This document shows, piece after piece, positions 13,501-24,830 of a DNA stretch of 64,000 nucleotides; position 1 is the stretch's first letter, and every line of letters starts with the position of its first letter. The notes beneath the pieces were generated by a model that was not told where the DNA came from, searched no databases, and saw nothing but the letters and a program-made list of their open reading frames with translations. The stretch is from the NCBI GenBank assembly GCA_040954595.2, contig CM082582.2, positions 9,353,483-9,417,482 on the forward strand, given 5' to 3'. A program made the position numbers and the translations under genes. This DNA is from Balanoglossus misakiensis. Lineage: Eukaryota; Animalia; Hemichordata.

Positions 13501-16500
13501 CATATCTGTTTACAGAATTGGAATTCATAAATGAGTAATGTCGCATTAAGTTTAAGATCAACAGCAACACCCAAGAACGCTCTCTCATATAATACACTGG
13601 GCAGAAAAATATCAAAAAGCAGACATAAAGAAAAAAGTCAGTATTATAAAACCTAATGTTTGATGTATTTGACACTATTACTGTTCAGGTCACATGGATG
13701 TGTACATTGCTTTAGGAGTTTCAAAACAAACCAGCTACAATTACATTGGCCGGATGAAATGATTAATCACCATACATTTGAAATGTGACTTTTATAGGCA
13801 ATTTAACCATAGCCTGTTTTCTCTCAATCTTCTTGATAAAAACATATCAGGTTTCTCGAGTTTGAAGCATATTTCACTGTATGACAAAATATTGGTTTCT
13901 TTTATATTGAGCAATACATTTCTCCACAACATTTTGAATTCTTCTTCAGAACTTGACTCTTACATTGACAGTATTCTAAATCAAGAGTCAACAAAGTTGT
14001 GTGTGAGATTTTCTGTAGATGGGTCACATATCATAAACTTCAATAAATCTGCACTAATCTGTACTAATCCATGCCATATCATATAGCTCCTTACTCTAAC
14101 ATATTCTGAAGTTGTAGCATATGTGCCCATTTTGACATGATAATTCACTCTGTACACTTTAACCAGTCCTGTAATCTCATCTTGACAACAGAAATATTTG
14201 GACTCTATTTATTGCCAGCGCTGTGGGCCCTGTTACAACATCCATTGTTGAACATGCCGTAACCCCTGAAAGCCAACCACACACCCACAACAAGCGACCC
14301 CGATATTGAATCTTTGGTTGCTAACATCTACCACAAGTATGTTTGCAAAGGGCAGTGAAAAATTCCTTCCACCATTATGCAATGACAGATTTATATAGTA
14401 TTACTCCTTTCTTTACAAGTTTGGAGACGATAAATGTTATACCTGGCTTGACACAAAAAAAAACATGGATAAAACATGCACCGACAAGTTAGGCAATAAA
14501 AACAAAATCAGCCGATGAAACAATTGTCAGAGTAACTGTGATCAAGTGGGCATATTACAACAACTTCAGAATACATGAAAGGATAGCATAAATTTAATTG
14601 GTTTGTTTTCTGTACATCAGACTCTATTAGTTACAAGATCTGATTCTTTGTACAAGCCGACAGAGTTGCTCATAAAATCTTCTTTCTGAAATCTTTCTCA
14701 GTCAAGAATCCATGATACACAAATTTGACATCCTTGTACACACAGCTGAAGGTAATCGAACTGTGTGACAGGCTGACACAAGGCTGAGATCCCAATTTCT
14801 TTCATGACTGAGAGTCTTGATTATTCCAGAAATTGAAAACACAATTGGGGTTAGAATGATCTAGTTTCTCCTCACTACGTTCAAAAATGCTCAGTATGCA
14901 ATAAACCATTATGCATTTTTTTCTCTCGTTTGTTCATTTTGGACCAAGAGAACAAAATTTTCCACTGGCCACTGGATCAAAATTTTAGAAAAAAAGTGGA
15001 AAAGTTTGAGGGTTGAAAGATGAGAAGTTGATTTTGGTGATGAAAGGGTAAAACAAGTTGAAATAGTTTAATTTTACATATCTCATATCCACAGCTGCAG
15101 CAAGTCTTTTATCAAGCTAACAGGCAACATTTCCAGATAGTTGCCCTTTAAATCAACTATCAGTTAAAATTTTGGGTACAGTTCACCAAAAATAATTTGT
15201 TGCACGTCTATACTTTTCCTTTCCCACGATTTATACAATTTCAATGAACCTTCCGCGCCATCTCTGACCTGCAGCTTCTGTGCTAAATACATTTTAAGCT
15301 GAGATTATTGACTCCCCGTCTACTTTCCATAACCCCTTGGATCAAGCGTTTCCCCATCTGTATTGAGAACGCTTCAATGGAAGGAAATGATCCCATTCAC
15401 TCCAATGCCATCGTCTCCAACCTGAGGCCATGGTTGCATTAGCATACAGCTTTCCGAAGACAATATCCATAAGCCATTTTTTTATATTAAAAACTCTTGG
15501 TTGAAGATAGCACTCATACACACACACACCTCAAACAGATAATTCAGTTCTGTATGTTAGTGGTATAGCTTTACAATCAAAGAAAGCCTAAGACTGCAAT
15601 GTGAAGGCCTGACCCCCCCCCCCCCCTGAAACCACAAGTCAACTCGACTTAATAGGGGAAGGGACATGTTTTCTACACAGGGGTGGGTTATAATTACAGT
15701 GTTGGGGATCACCTCATGCCTGCAGACACAGAAAAAAGTGCACGGTTGTGTGTTGTCATCAACGCATGGTAGATTAAACTACACCTATTGAAACGTGTGT
15801 TCTGGTCTGTGGTCATGAACATTGAGGTCACAATCAATATGCACCACTCTAGGGGTTGAAATATATACTGGTGGTCTGAAAGTCTTGATACTTTCAAAAG
15901 GTTTGGAATTTTGCATGATTTGAAATGACCAGGTGTGAAAAATCACACAGGTATTTTTCAACCCTGGCACACATTAAGTGAAACACCGAAATCTGCAGTG
16001 CAAAAAAATTCAATATTACCATGAAATTGATTACATACATACAAGAACTTTTACAAAAAAAGTACAATTTAGGAACCAATAATTCAAAAAATCTATTCAA
16101 ATCACACACAAAAAAATGTTTTTACAAATTACCTTTTTGTAAACTTTCTCAGCAAAATCTTCGGTTTAAACAACCTCAAGTTGAAATTTCACAAAAGTCT
16201 CCCCAAATGGTTGGCTGAAGCAGAGAAAAAGAAAAAAAGAAAAAAACAAGACAAAAAAGTATTGAGCAAATCACTCATTGCAATTTTGTGAAGAGAAAAA
16301 TCAAAATTTTCAAAAATGCACACGGAAAGTCAAAAATTTTCAAGTGACTGTTTTTGATTCAAGAATGTTCAAGATAAAAAAGGGGGGTGAGGATAAGGAT
16401 GGGACGTATGTAAATATATGAAAGGAACCCTCTCTCCAAAAAAACACACAGTACCAATAGACCAGTCATATTATGAGTCAAAAAATCTGAATTCAGTGTC

Positions 16501-16893
16501 ACCAGAATTCACAGCAACTCTCACTCCAAAGAGTACACACGACAGACATCTCACACAAATTCATTTTATTTCAAAACAATATAGCCTTTATTTGAAAACC
16601 AACTTCTCTTCAAAAGATAAATTAACATTTTCACATCATTAATTTGTCTTCTTTTTCCATCAAGAGTGATTGAATGACAAGTCTCTGAATATATAAAAAA
16701 AAAAGATTGACAGCAATTGGATGTTACACTCCATCATTTTTTGTTCATTTTCTTTCACTGATCAGGCAGATATCTTTCAGACTAATAGGACTGCACCATC
16801 TTTGTGTGACAAATAGGAAAAGAAATGGTTGTACAAAATGTCATACATGAATCTTAGTAATGTAGCAGTGTTGATCTTCAGAACATTTTACAA

Positions 16894-17359
16894 TATGAAC
16901 TAGGGTTTGACAGCACTCTAAGATCAAATTGGGCCATGCCAACAAGCAGAAAGGGGTCTTATGGGAGCGCGATACTTATTTGCATAAGACCTCTTTCTGC
17001 TTGGGATGGCCCAAAAAATTGCTACAAAAGCATGCGCTTTAGAAGACATGTACTCCCCTACATCAAAAGTGGAATGACCAAAAATAATTATCAGTCTTTT
17101 GTATACCACTGCTTCTCATCTGCATATTTGCATTTTCAATGAGACTTCCAAATGTTCTATTTTCACACCCCTGGCCTTTTTGTTTTCTGGTCCATCTGCA
17201 GCTGAACACATTTCTTCACGCTGAATAAATACCCCATGATTCTCTGCCTTTTTGTTCCTTCCCCTCTTGCATCTCATGAAGGAGACTACGTGTCTTCAAA
17301 AGCTCATGCTTCACTACAAATTAGTTGATCCTTAGAGTGCTGTCAAACCCTAGTTCATA
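16894..17359. mobile_element. Fold-back / MITE-like element with a 29-bp perfect terminal inverted repeat
   Basis: tatgaactagggtttgacagcactctaag (16894-16922) is the exact reverse complement of 17331-17359. A second, diverged inverted pair lies at ~17027-17057 / 17281-17311. Confidence 0.65.
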
Positions 17360-20182
17360 CAAGATTCTGTAAGTCACTTCTAGTTTTGTTTTTTTTTACT
17401 TGAAGGAAATCTATGACACTTCACTGAAGTCAGCAAATCCTGTGCAGTGAAAATTATCAATTCTCAATCGAGTGCACTGCTATTTCAAGCAATGCGACAT
17501 TGGTAGTTCTCTAGGCTACAGGCAAAATGCATTGAATGCAGGGAGGTTTCCATGATGAGGTATAATTTGATAGCTCCTAGATCCCTGTAATGAAAATCTT
17601 TGCATGGCACACAGACAAGGCTCATCAATGCATGAAAGAGCAACAAAACATGTAAAAAATACCCTGTGATGACAGGGCTAATTTCCACAGTTCTAAATTT
17701 TGTATAAGTAAGCCAAGCTTGTGCAAATGGAATACCTCGAAAATTGCTTACAGATTGATTTTTGCCTAAATCTCACCATATGAATTCAATACTGTCAAAT
17801 TGCTTTTGGAAAACTCAATAAAATATACATCTGTTAAATTCCATATTTGAAGGTCATATTTCAAAGGACCAGATTCCTAGAAACAAATTTTATATATTAC
17901 ATAAAAAATTTAATATCTCTCGGATATATTTTAGGTAACTGTTTTACGCTGACATCTGTCACTATGCTTCATGAGTCAGAAGTCAGTATTTTATGCAAAA
18001 TTAACCATGCTCAATTTACCTTTGTCACTTTCACTTGGTGCCATGATATCTCAATTTCCTTATTTTTCACAGAAGCCTGATTGTAACTGTCAACAGGATA
18101 CTCCCCATAATTGGAATATATTACAGTGACTGCGACAGCTAACTGCGTTTTACAGGTGATTATCATGATAATATATTAGTCAAGTTTATCGGCAACCGTT
18201 TTCATCTCATTGTCTTTTTTGGGTACATACATCAAAATATCAATTCCCTCTTTCAAAATTCTCGATGAAATGATTACACACCACAGGATTCAATTCTCTG
18301 TTTTAATTTATTTTCAAGCAATTAGCTACTGAATCTCTAAACAGTATCCAGCATAAGAGTTGGGTCAAATAATTCTCAATATCACTTTTATATAATTGCC
18401 CGAGTATATGCAGTTCAAATCAATATCTTCAGAGTATATTCATGCAAAGAAAGTAGTAGTCCCTCAAGGGAAAGGTGCTCGAGCATGATAAAAATAATCA
18501 TTCCAATTCACATATTTCATAGAAATGTCTCCACAAATATCTTGTAGCAATGAATAAAGAATAAGAATGGAGAAGCTATATTAATTATGCTGAACATAAT
18601 CACATACTGACAGATGTTTGTTTGTTTTTGGTTGTTTGTGTTTTTATCAAAGAATACATGGGAATTTTCTGAGAAAGTAATATTAACATTAATCCCATCT
18701 TAAGGAGTTCTTCTTGGTCGCGAATCTCAACATAATGATATGGGTACAAAAATTTAAATTTGCAGCCAATTGACTGAAGCTAGGTCATAATTTGGAGGGA
18801 TCGAACAGCTGATTCAAAATAACAGACATTGGATATTAGAACAAAACAAATTCAAGGAAAATAGTTTCTCTTGATCCCAGACAAAATAAAACCCAGTCAA
18901 TGTAAGACTGTCTACTTGACAATCAACAAAACGGTAGTAAATTTGGCAGTAAATTCAACTTGCAGATTCTTGGAATTGTTGCCATGTGCCTCAACGTTGG
19001 TCAGCCAGTCTTTAACTGATGGCAGCAGATTTTATGGGTCTGTGATATATTTTATGATGATGTGACTTGTAACTGCCCTTTTAAAAACATGGCAAATAAA
19101 CAGTCAACACCATATGGAACCAAAAAGAAGGCAAAATTCCCAGGCAATTGGCCAAATTACCAAAGTTATTGTCATTAGCATGATCCAGTTTTTTTATATA
19201 AATAAGGATTCCAATTCAGAATGCCTAAATTATAATTTTGATTGAAATTTGAGGAAAAATACTGCGTATACTGTACAGACTATATGTATATGAAAAAATT
19301 GAGTTTGTCAACCAATGCAATGACTATGAAATATAAAACCGACAATTTCCTCTCTCGAAGCGGTTCTACTTTCAAGTTTGTGAAACAATCAAACTTAGCC
19401 ATGCATTAACAATCGTGTGGTGAAACATTTTTGATAAATAGTAGCCGAAGATCCGATATAGATCTATAGATAGACGCTAAATGGGGTGTTGATCCGTCTG
19501 GAATGCCCGGCTATCAATAAACAAGATGCCTCATTGACAGTGTAATTCACAGTTTCGCAGACGACCACACGTTGCACGATTAAGAAAAGTAATAAATATC
19601 ACATTGCCCTGTCGATATCATTTCCGAATACAATGAAAGTTCATTTCTTTTCTGACCGAAAAAAATAAGCGACAACAGACAACATTTGGTATACAACAGG
19701 CTACGATAGCAGGAATTTCATATTCTATGAGGCTATGTTTTAGCTCGGCCAGAGATGCATGACTTGCCGCGAAACGCCTACCAAACTGAAACAGATGGAT
19801 GGAGTCTGGTCGTCAAAATATGACGAATGAAAAAAAAAAGGTTGCACCGTCAATGAAAACTATATCAACGCCAAGTACGATTCGAAGCTTAACTCACGCT
19901 AAATGTCAGTCTTTTAGCAAAATCCCCGAAAAAATACGCGTGACAGACAAATCATATATATGAAGTGGGATCGCCTCGCAGTACATACGTTCTATCAGCG
20001 TACGCGTTCACTGACAAACGTTCAAAGTTTGGCTGAACACAACAGGTTTCGATCCAAAAATCACAGACACTACGAGTGACTGTTTCGGCAAAACACGAGA
20101 ACCCAAAAGAACAAAAAGAAAAAATATAGAGCATGGGTGTGCAGACGATGAAAATAAAAAAAGTTGTTGTCCTCATACTCAC

Positions 20183-20320
20183 CAAAATGGAAAAAGAGCG
20201 GAGGCCACGCAACAAAAATCGAGCCACGTGAAAAATACTGAGCGACCCAGAAAATCAATATGGCGGATATAGCCGGGGTTCACACACACGACAGATCTGA
20301 CGAAAGCAAGGTTGCGGAGT
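20183..20320 (-). other. Probable non-coding first exon of an unidentified minus-strand gene whose long intron covers most of 1-20182
   Basis: Consensus donor TTG|GTGAGTAT at 20183/20182; CpG-rich surroundings (~19300-21000); YY1-like AATATGGCGG near 20257; no ATG in the exon. No recognisable coding exon downstream in the window; 5' end approximate. Confidence 0.55.
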
Positions 20321-21817
20321 TGAGAAAAATATAACATCAAGGAGGGAAATATCTTAAATAATGTCATTTTACAGTGAGAAGAAATATAATCAGTCCTTTT
20401 ATTGTGTATAAACACGGGTTATGTCGTAAGTTTCCTGTATGTTCATATTTGTTTCGAAGTTTACCTATACGGATGTTGCACCCCCGATGAAATAAGTTTG
20501 TGCGCCCTGTTTTGATTGCACTATTTCCGGGTACACTTCATGTGGACCCGGCGAAACATCACCGGCAGTGGTACAAATTTAATTAATTGATTAAAAGAAA
20601 CCGTCATTTACACTGCGAGAACTCAAACGAAATGAAATCAAACCTTCTAGACGTTTTCCAACATTACTGCCACAAATCGAAACTGATAACAGGTCAGCTG
20701 TTGCGCCCTCCTCGGCTGGAAGATTTTGTTCGTGGAAAAAAACTTACTTGAAGCCGCACCTGTAACAACTCATGAAATAATTGCAGCTTATAATGTTCGG
20801 TATAATGTTCTACAAATATATTAAAGCTCTATCACATTTGTGAGCTACCTTTTATGATATTGGGATTATACTCAGTCACCAATCGGAAACGCGCAAAAGT
20901 TTATTCCTGCTCCAAATTCATTCCTTGGATTGATTTATCTGCGTAAGTTTAATATATTAAACGCGGTTGTTTTCCAGGGATCTTAATTGAAAATTAATAT
21001 TATTATGTTTTTGTACGGAATCGAAAACGCTAACGCAAAGATTATGGTCACAACTTCTACTGATGTCCCCTTCCCGAAAAATCTCTTACCCAACAAACCG
21101 AAAAGTTTTCCCAAATTGCATCGACGAAGATAAGAATACACACCACAGTCCCTCCTATGGACTGTGAAAATACGTATATATACGAAATCATGGTCCCTCG
21201 ACTGCCCACATGGAATATTTAGATGCATCTGCAGCTATAGTACGTACATATAGTACTTCATAATAAACGCATAGGAAAATCTATTTGAGGCTAAAACCTA
21301 AATGTCGGGTGAATGATTCATGACCGATGACATCAACTTTTCTGGAATTAAAATTGACAGACACGGGCGCTTTCATCCGGAATTGTTTCGGCTGAATCAA
21401 TTTGGTTCTGTAGACTTTTAACACTGAACGGACAGCAAGAAAATGGGAAAATCCACGTGGTTTTCCTGGTCAAACTACGGTCATATACTGAATTTTGGAA
21501 CAGCCCCAAATTTCCCACCAACACAGCAGTTGGTTGTCCAGTGGTTGAAATCTCAGCAATGTGTGGATACCATAAGAAAATACTGCGTTTACATTGGCCA
21601 TAATCATTACACATGCAATAAAAGCATAAATATTGTAATTCTAACTACTGTATTCTGTATAAAGAATTTTCGGGGCCGGAAAGTCGTGGACAGAACCAGA
21701 TATCGGCACGGATCTACAGCGCCCTCATCAGACCAACTAGAACTCCTCTCCTTTTTATGGTTCACAATGCAAAATAAGGGACTCGACAAAACATACTTTA
21801 CTGATCCTACCGGTATC

Positions 21818-21823
21818 TTTATT
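21818..21823 (-). terminator. Likely CIAPIN1 polyadenylation signal (AATAAA)
   Basis: tttatt on the + strand, about 375 nt past the CIAPIN1 stop codon. Confidence 0.55.
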
Positions 21824-22196
21824 ACACAAGGAATTTACTCCAACACACGGAAAAAATGTAATGTCATACAACGGTCCTGCACACAGCAAGCATATCACAG
21901 CGGTGTACTATACAACTTGAAGACTGTTGTTTGATGCAAGCCGAGTGAAGAAAGCTGATGCAGATTCTGGATCAGAAACGCAGCATTCCGTAGTCAAGTT
22001 TGAATTGTCATGCTCGAAGAAAATTACACATGCATTCTCAGTTAAGTTGATGAGGGAAAGTGAATTTTTCAGTTCCACAAATGTCACAGGGTTTAACCAC
22101 ATATTTTACATGACTGGATTAATTCACTGATGCATGTGAGGGTGTGACTGAATAAAGTAAAGACAGACTCAAGAGTGGGGGACATCATGGTTTTCA

Positions 22197-24149
22197 TCAA
22201 ACATCTGCTTTCAGCTGCCTGTCACTCAGAGATATTTTCTCTCCGGGTTTAAAAGCTGGCATTCCTAGATACGGACAACTTGCACATCTGAAGGCATCAC
22301 CTAGGTAACACTGGAAAAAAAAATGGGGAGAGTTAGACTGCACTGTTATAGCAAATCTGACCTTGAAAAAAATCAAAAATTGATTTTACTTGTAATGCAA
22401 ATACTTACATTACCACATGCGGAAGTGGCAGATTTCTGTGTTGACGGTTTCTGTTCACTTTCAATCTCTTCTGCTAATCCACAGGAGCTGCACAACAAAA
22501 CAAAAAGGATGAACAGTGGTTAATATTAGATATGATACATTTATTACCGCTTGAAAATCAATGACAAGCAAATTTGTATATTAATCTTTGAGAACGAATA
22601 TTTTGAAGCTTACCAGTTTTTGCATGCCTTTTTTTTCCCTGTGCCTGTGCCACAGTCTGCCGCTGGGAAGAGATAGTAAAGAAAGTCAACTTTTAGCAAT
22701 GAAGACATTTTCAGACTGAACAAAAACATGTGTAACCCTGCACTCTCACTACCAGCTGGTTTTGATTCTTACCTCGAAGAGTTGATGGATCGGGCTTCAG
22801 AAAGTCATCATCATCTAAGAGATCATCCTCATCCACCAGATCCTGTAAGAGGAAACAGGGTATCAGAGTTGTCAGTGGATAAAATCATTATGTATCCAAC
22901 TGATATAAGAATTAATTTGACAAACAGTATTATTAGTAATTTAATATTAGGAGTACTGGAATAAGACAAAATAAAACCAAGGGTTTAATGCTTACCACAT
23001 CCTCATCTGCCATGTCAACAGCTGATAATGTCCACACCTTAGCTGCATTGCTGTCAACTTTATCTGATGGTAGAAAATGGATAACGATTAAAATATTAGA
23101 TTCCACTTGCATTCATTTATATCCACTTTCATTGCAGTGTATAAACTGAGAAGTTGAGATAAAGATCTAAGAGACTATTGATGAAATGCACAGCAGACAT
23201 ATTTACAAGACAAGAAAGAGTACACTTGGCCAGCTACAGACCTGCTTCTATCCTGGGCTTCTTGGTAAATGACAACTGTGAACTTGACCCGACCTCAAAC
23301 GCTGGTTTACTGCACGAAATCTCAATGACGCTCACACCACTACTGGCAGATTTCAATGACTTTTTTATTGCACTAAGCTCTTCTTCTGTAAGGTCAACTG
23401 TCTTGGTCTGAAATTAAACACGGGCATGAATATCAAATATTAAACAGTGATTTAAACATATGGTACTGTTATGCGTTATGGAAAATGGTGGAATGACAAG
23501 TTTTCTTACCTCCGAAACATCAATAAATCCAGACAGTTTGACTGCACTGACTAATTTAGCATTTGTTCTGATATTAGCATCACCTTCCTGGACCACTGGC
23601 TCTCGAAGTATCAGTTTGCCGTTGGGTTTTAGAATCCTGGCAAACTCTGCCAGCAAATCTGAACTATGAACTGTTGTGACAGGTGGAAGTAGCCCTGATA
23701 TTGTGACGTCAAAAGTGGATTCTTTATGTTTGGCTGAAAAGGGAAGAGTGACCACGATGACAAGTTAGAATCTCTACAAATGTTCCATACCTATGGTTGT
23801 ATGGGAATAGATTTCCAATCTTACTGTTTTGATGACCTGTATCTCTGATTTGAATATCAATGAAATGAATTAAAGATTCTGTTGATGAAACGTAACCAAA
23901 CTCTGATGTTGTTTTCTACCAAGTGACATATTGTAGATCTATGTTTTCATGTCCCATGATCTTGACAATCACATAAAACAAAGACAAATACTTACACATT
24001 TGTAATCTATCTATGTGTTCCATCTGAACTTTTCCTTGGCTTCCAACTTTAAGATTAAGAGCGTTCACTACATCTTGAATGTTATCTGCCGGTGTCTCAC
24101 CTCCCCATAACAACAGCACCTGCTGTCCATCAGTAACAGAATCCACCAT
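22197..24149 (-). CDS. CIAPIN1: Anamorsin / CIAPIN1 (Dre2 family, cytosolic Fe-S cluster assembly), 8 coding exons, ~307 aa
   Basis: Coding exons (minus): 24149-23996, 23733-23510, 23407-23242, 23063-22996, 22842-22773, 22662-22614, 22487-22409, 22310-22197. All introns GT-AG, phases consistent, total 924 nt. Translation has the methyltransferase-like domain ([15 protein letters not shown]...[12 protein letters not shown]), [19 protein letters not shown], an acidic linker and both Cys motifs (DCG...KKACKNCSCG; [30 protein letters not shown]). Confidence 0.97.
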
Positions 24150-24505
24150 GGTTTTGTCTGTATAAAAAAATGGGAACACATCAGCTGCGTCATACAGACA
24201 TCACAGTTCAACAGACCAGGGGAACTTTGAACCAACCTTACATTCTGCACAGTCATTGTACTAAAATGATAGGAAATGCTGACTCATGTCAACATTGAGG
24301 AATTTCAAGCTGTGTGACAGAACACTGTACAACCATAGACCCTCTATGGTACATTGTACCTTGTAGTTGCACATAGAATGAATAACATGTATGACATTGG
24401 GGAATAATTTAGAATGAACAACATGTATGACATACCATACGGCTTTCCAAACCTCGTCATTCTGACTTTTGCTCTGCACTTCAAATATCTAGATGTGAAA
24501 CTCAC

Positions 24506-24560
24506 CTTCGTTTACGTTTAGAAACAACGACAACCAGATTTCGCGCACGTATGTACCACT
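24506..24560 (-). other. CIAPIN1: Probable non-coding first exon of CIAPIN1 (5' end approximate)
   Basis: Strong minus-strand donor AAG|GTGAGT at 24506/24505. The acceptor at 24158 lies 8 nt before the ATG. CpG-rich promoter immediately upstream. Confidence 0.7.
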
Positions 24561-24830
24561 TGCACTTTGACCCGGAAGTTATTAAGTCGGGGACCTCCGA
24601 CCTCGAATGTAAGTTTCCGATAACAGCCGAAGGTGACGTTTCAAACCTACCAATCAGAGGCCGAAGAAATGTGCATTCTGATTGGTCAGTTTCTGTAAAG
24701 AGCCAAAATTGAACAGAACGGTCAGCGTACGGAAGACTAACAAAACTTGTGATATACGATTATTTTCGCCGTCATACTGTTCAACGGTTACATAAATTGG
24801 ACAAAATCGAAGTTATCGTTGTAAGAAACC
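24561..24830. promoter_or_regulatory. Bidirectional CIAPIN1/TPX2 promoter
   Basis: Lies between divergent first exons and is CpG-rich. Motifs: ETS/GABP CCGGAAGT 24572-24579, CRE-like TGACGT 24634-24639, CHR (TTCAAA = reverse TTTGAA) 24640-24645, inverted CCAAT boxes at 24650-24654 and 24681-24685. Confidence 0.8.

Noticed and set aside
15713-15737. Strong minus-strand acceptor followed by GCATGAG|GTGATC (possible 7-nt micro-exon)
   Set aside because: The donor is weak and there is no neighbouring exon to test phase; cannot be supported without RNA data.
15852-15966. gggttgaaa / tttcaaccc inverted pair (hAT-like MITE?)
   Set aside because: Only ~9-12 bp of match and no target-site duplication recognised.
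20044-20055. GGTTTCGATCC resembling a tRNA T-loop / B-box
   Set aside because: Extra T, and no cloverleaf stems or A-box around it.
1366-21934. Short ORFs of 60-163 aa in the left third of the window (e.g. 1366-1818, 21443-21934)
   Set aside because: No domain similarity, codon bias or consistent splice signals; lengths are as expected by chance with alternative start codons.
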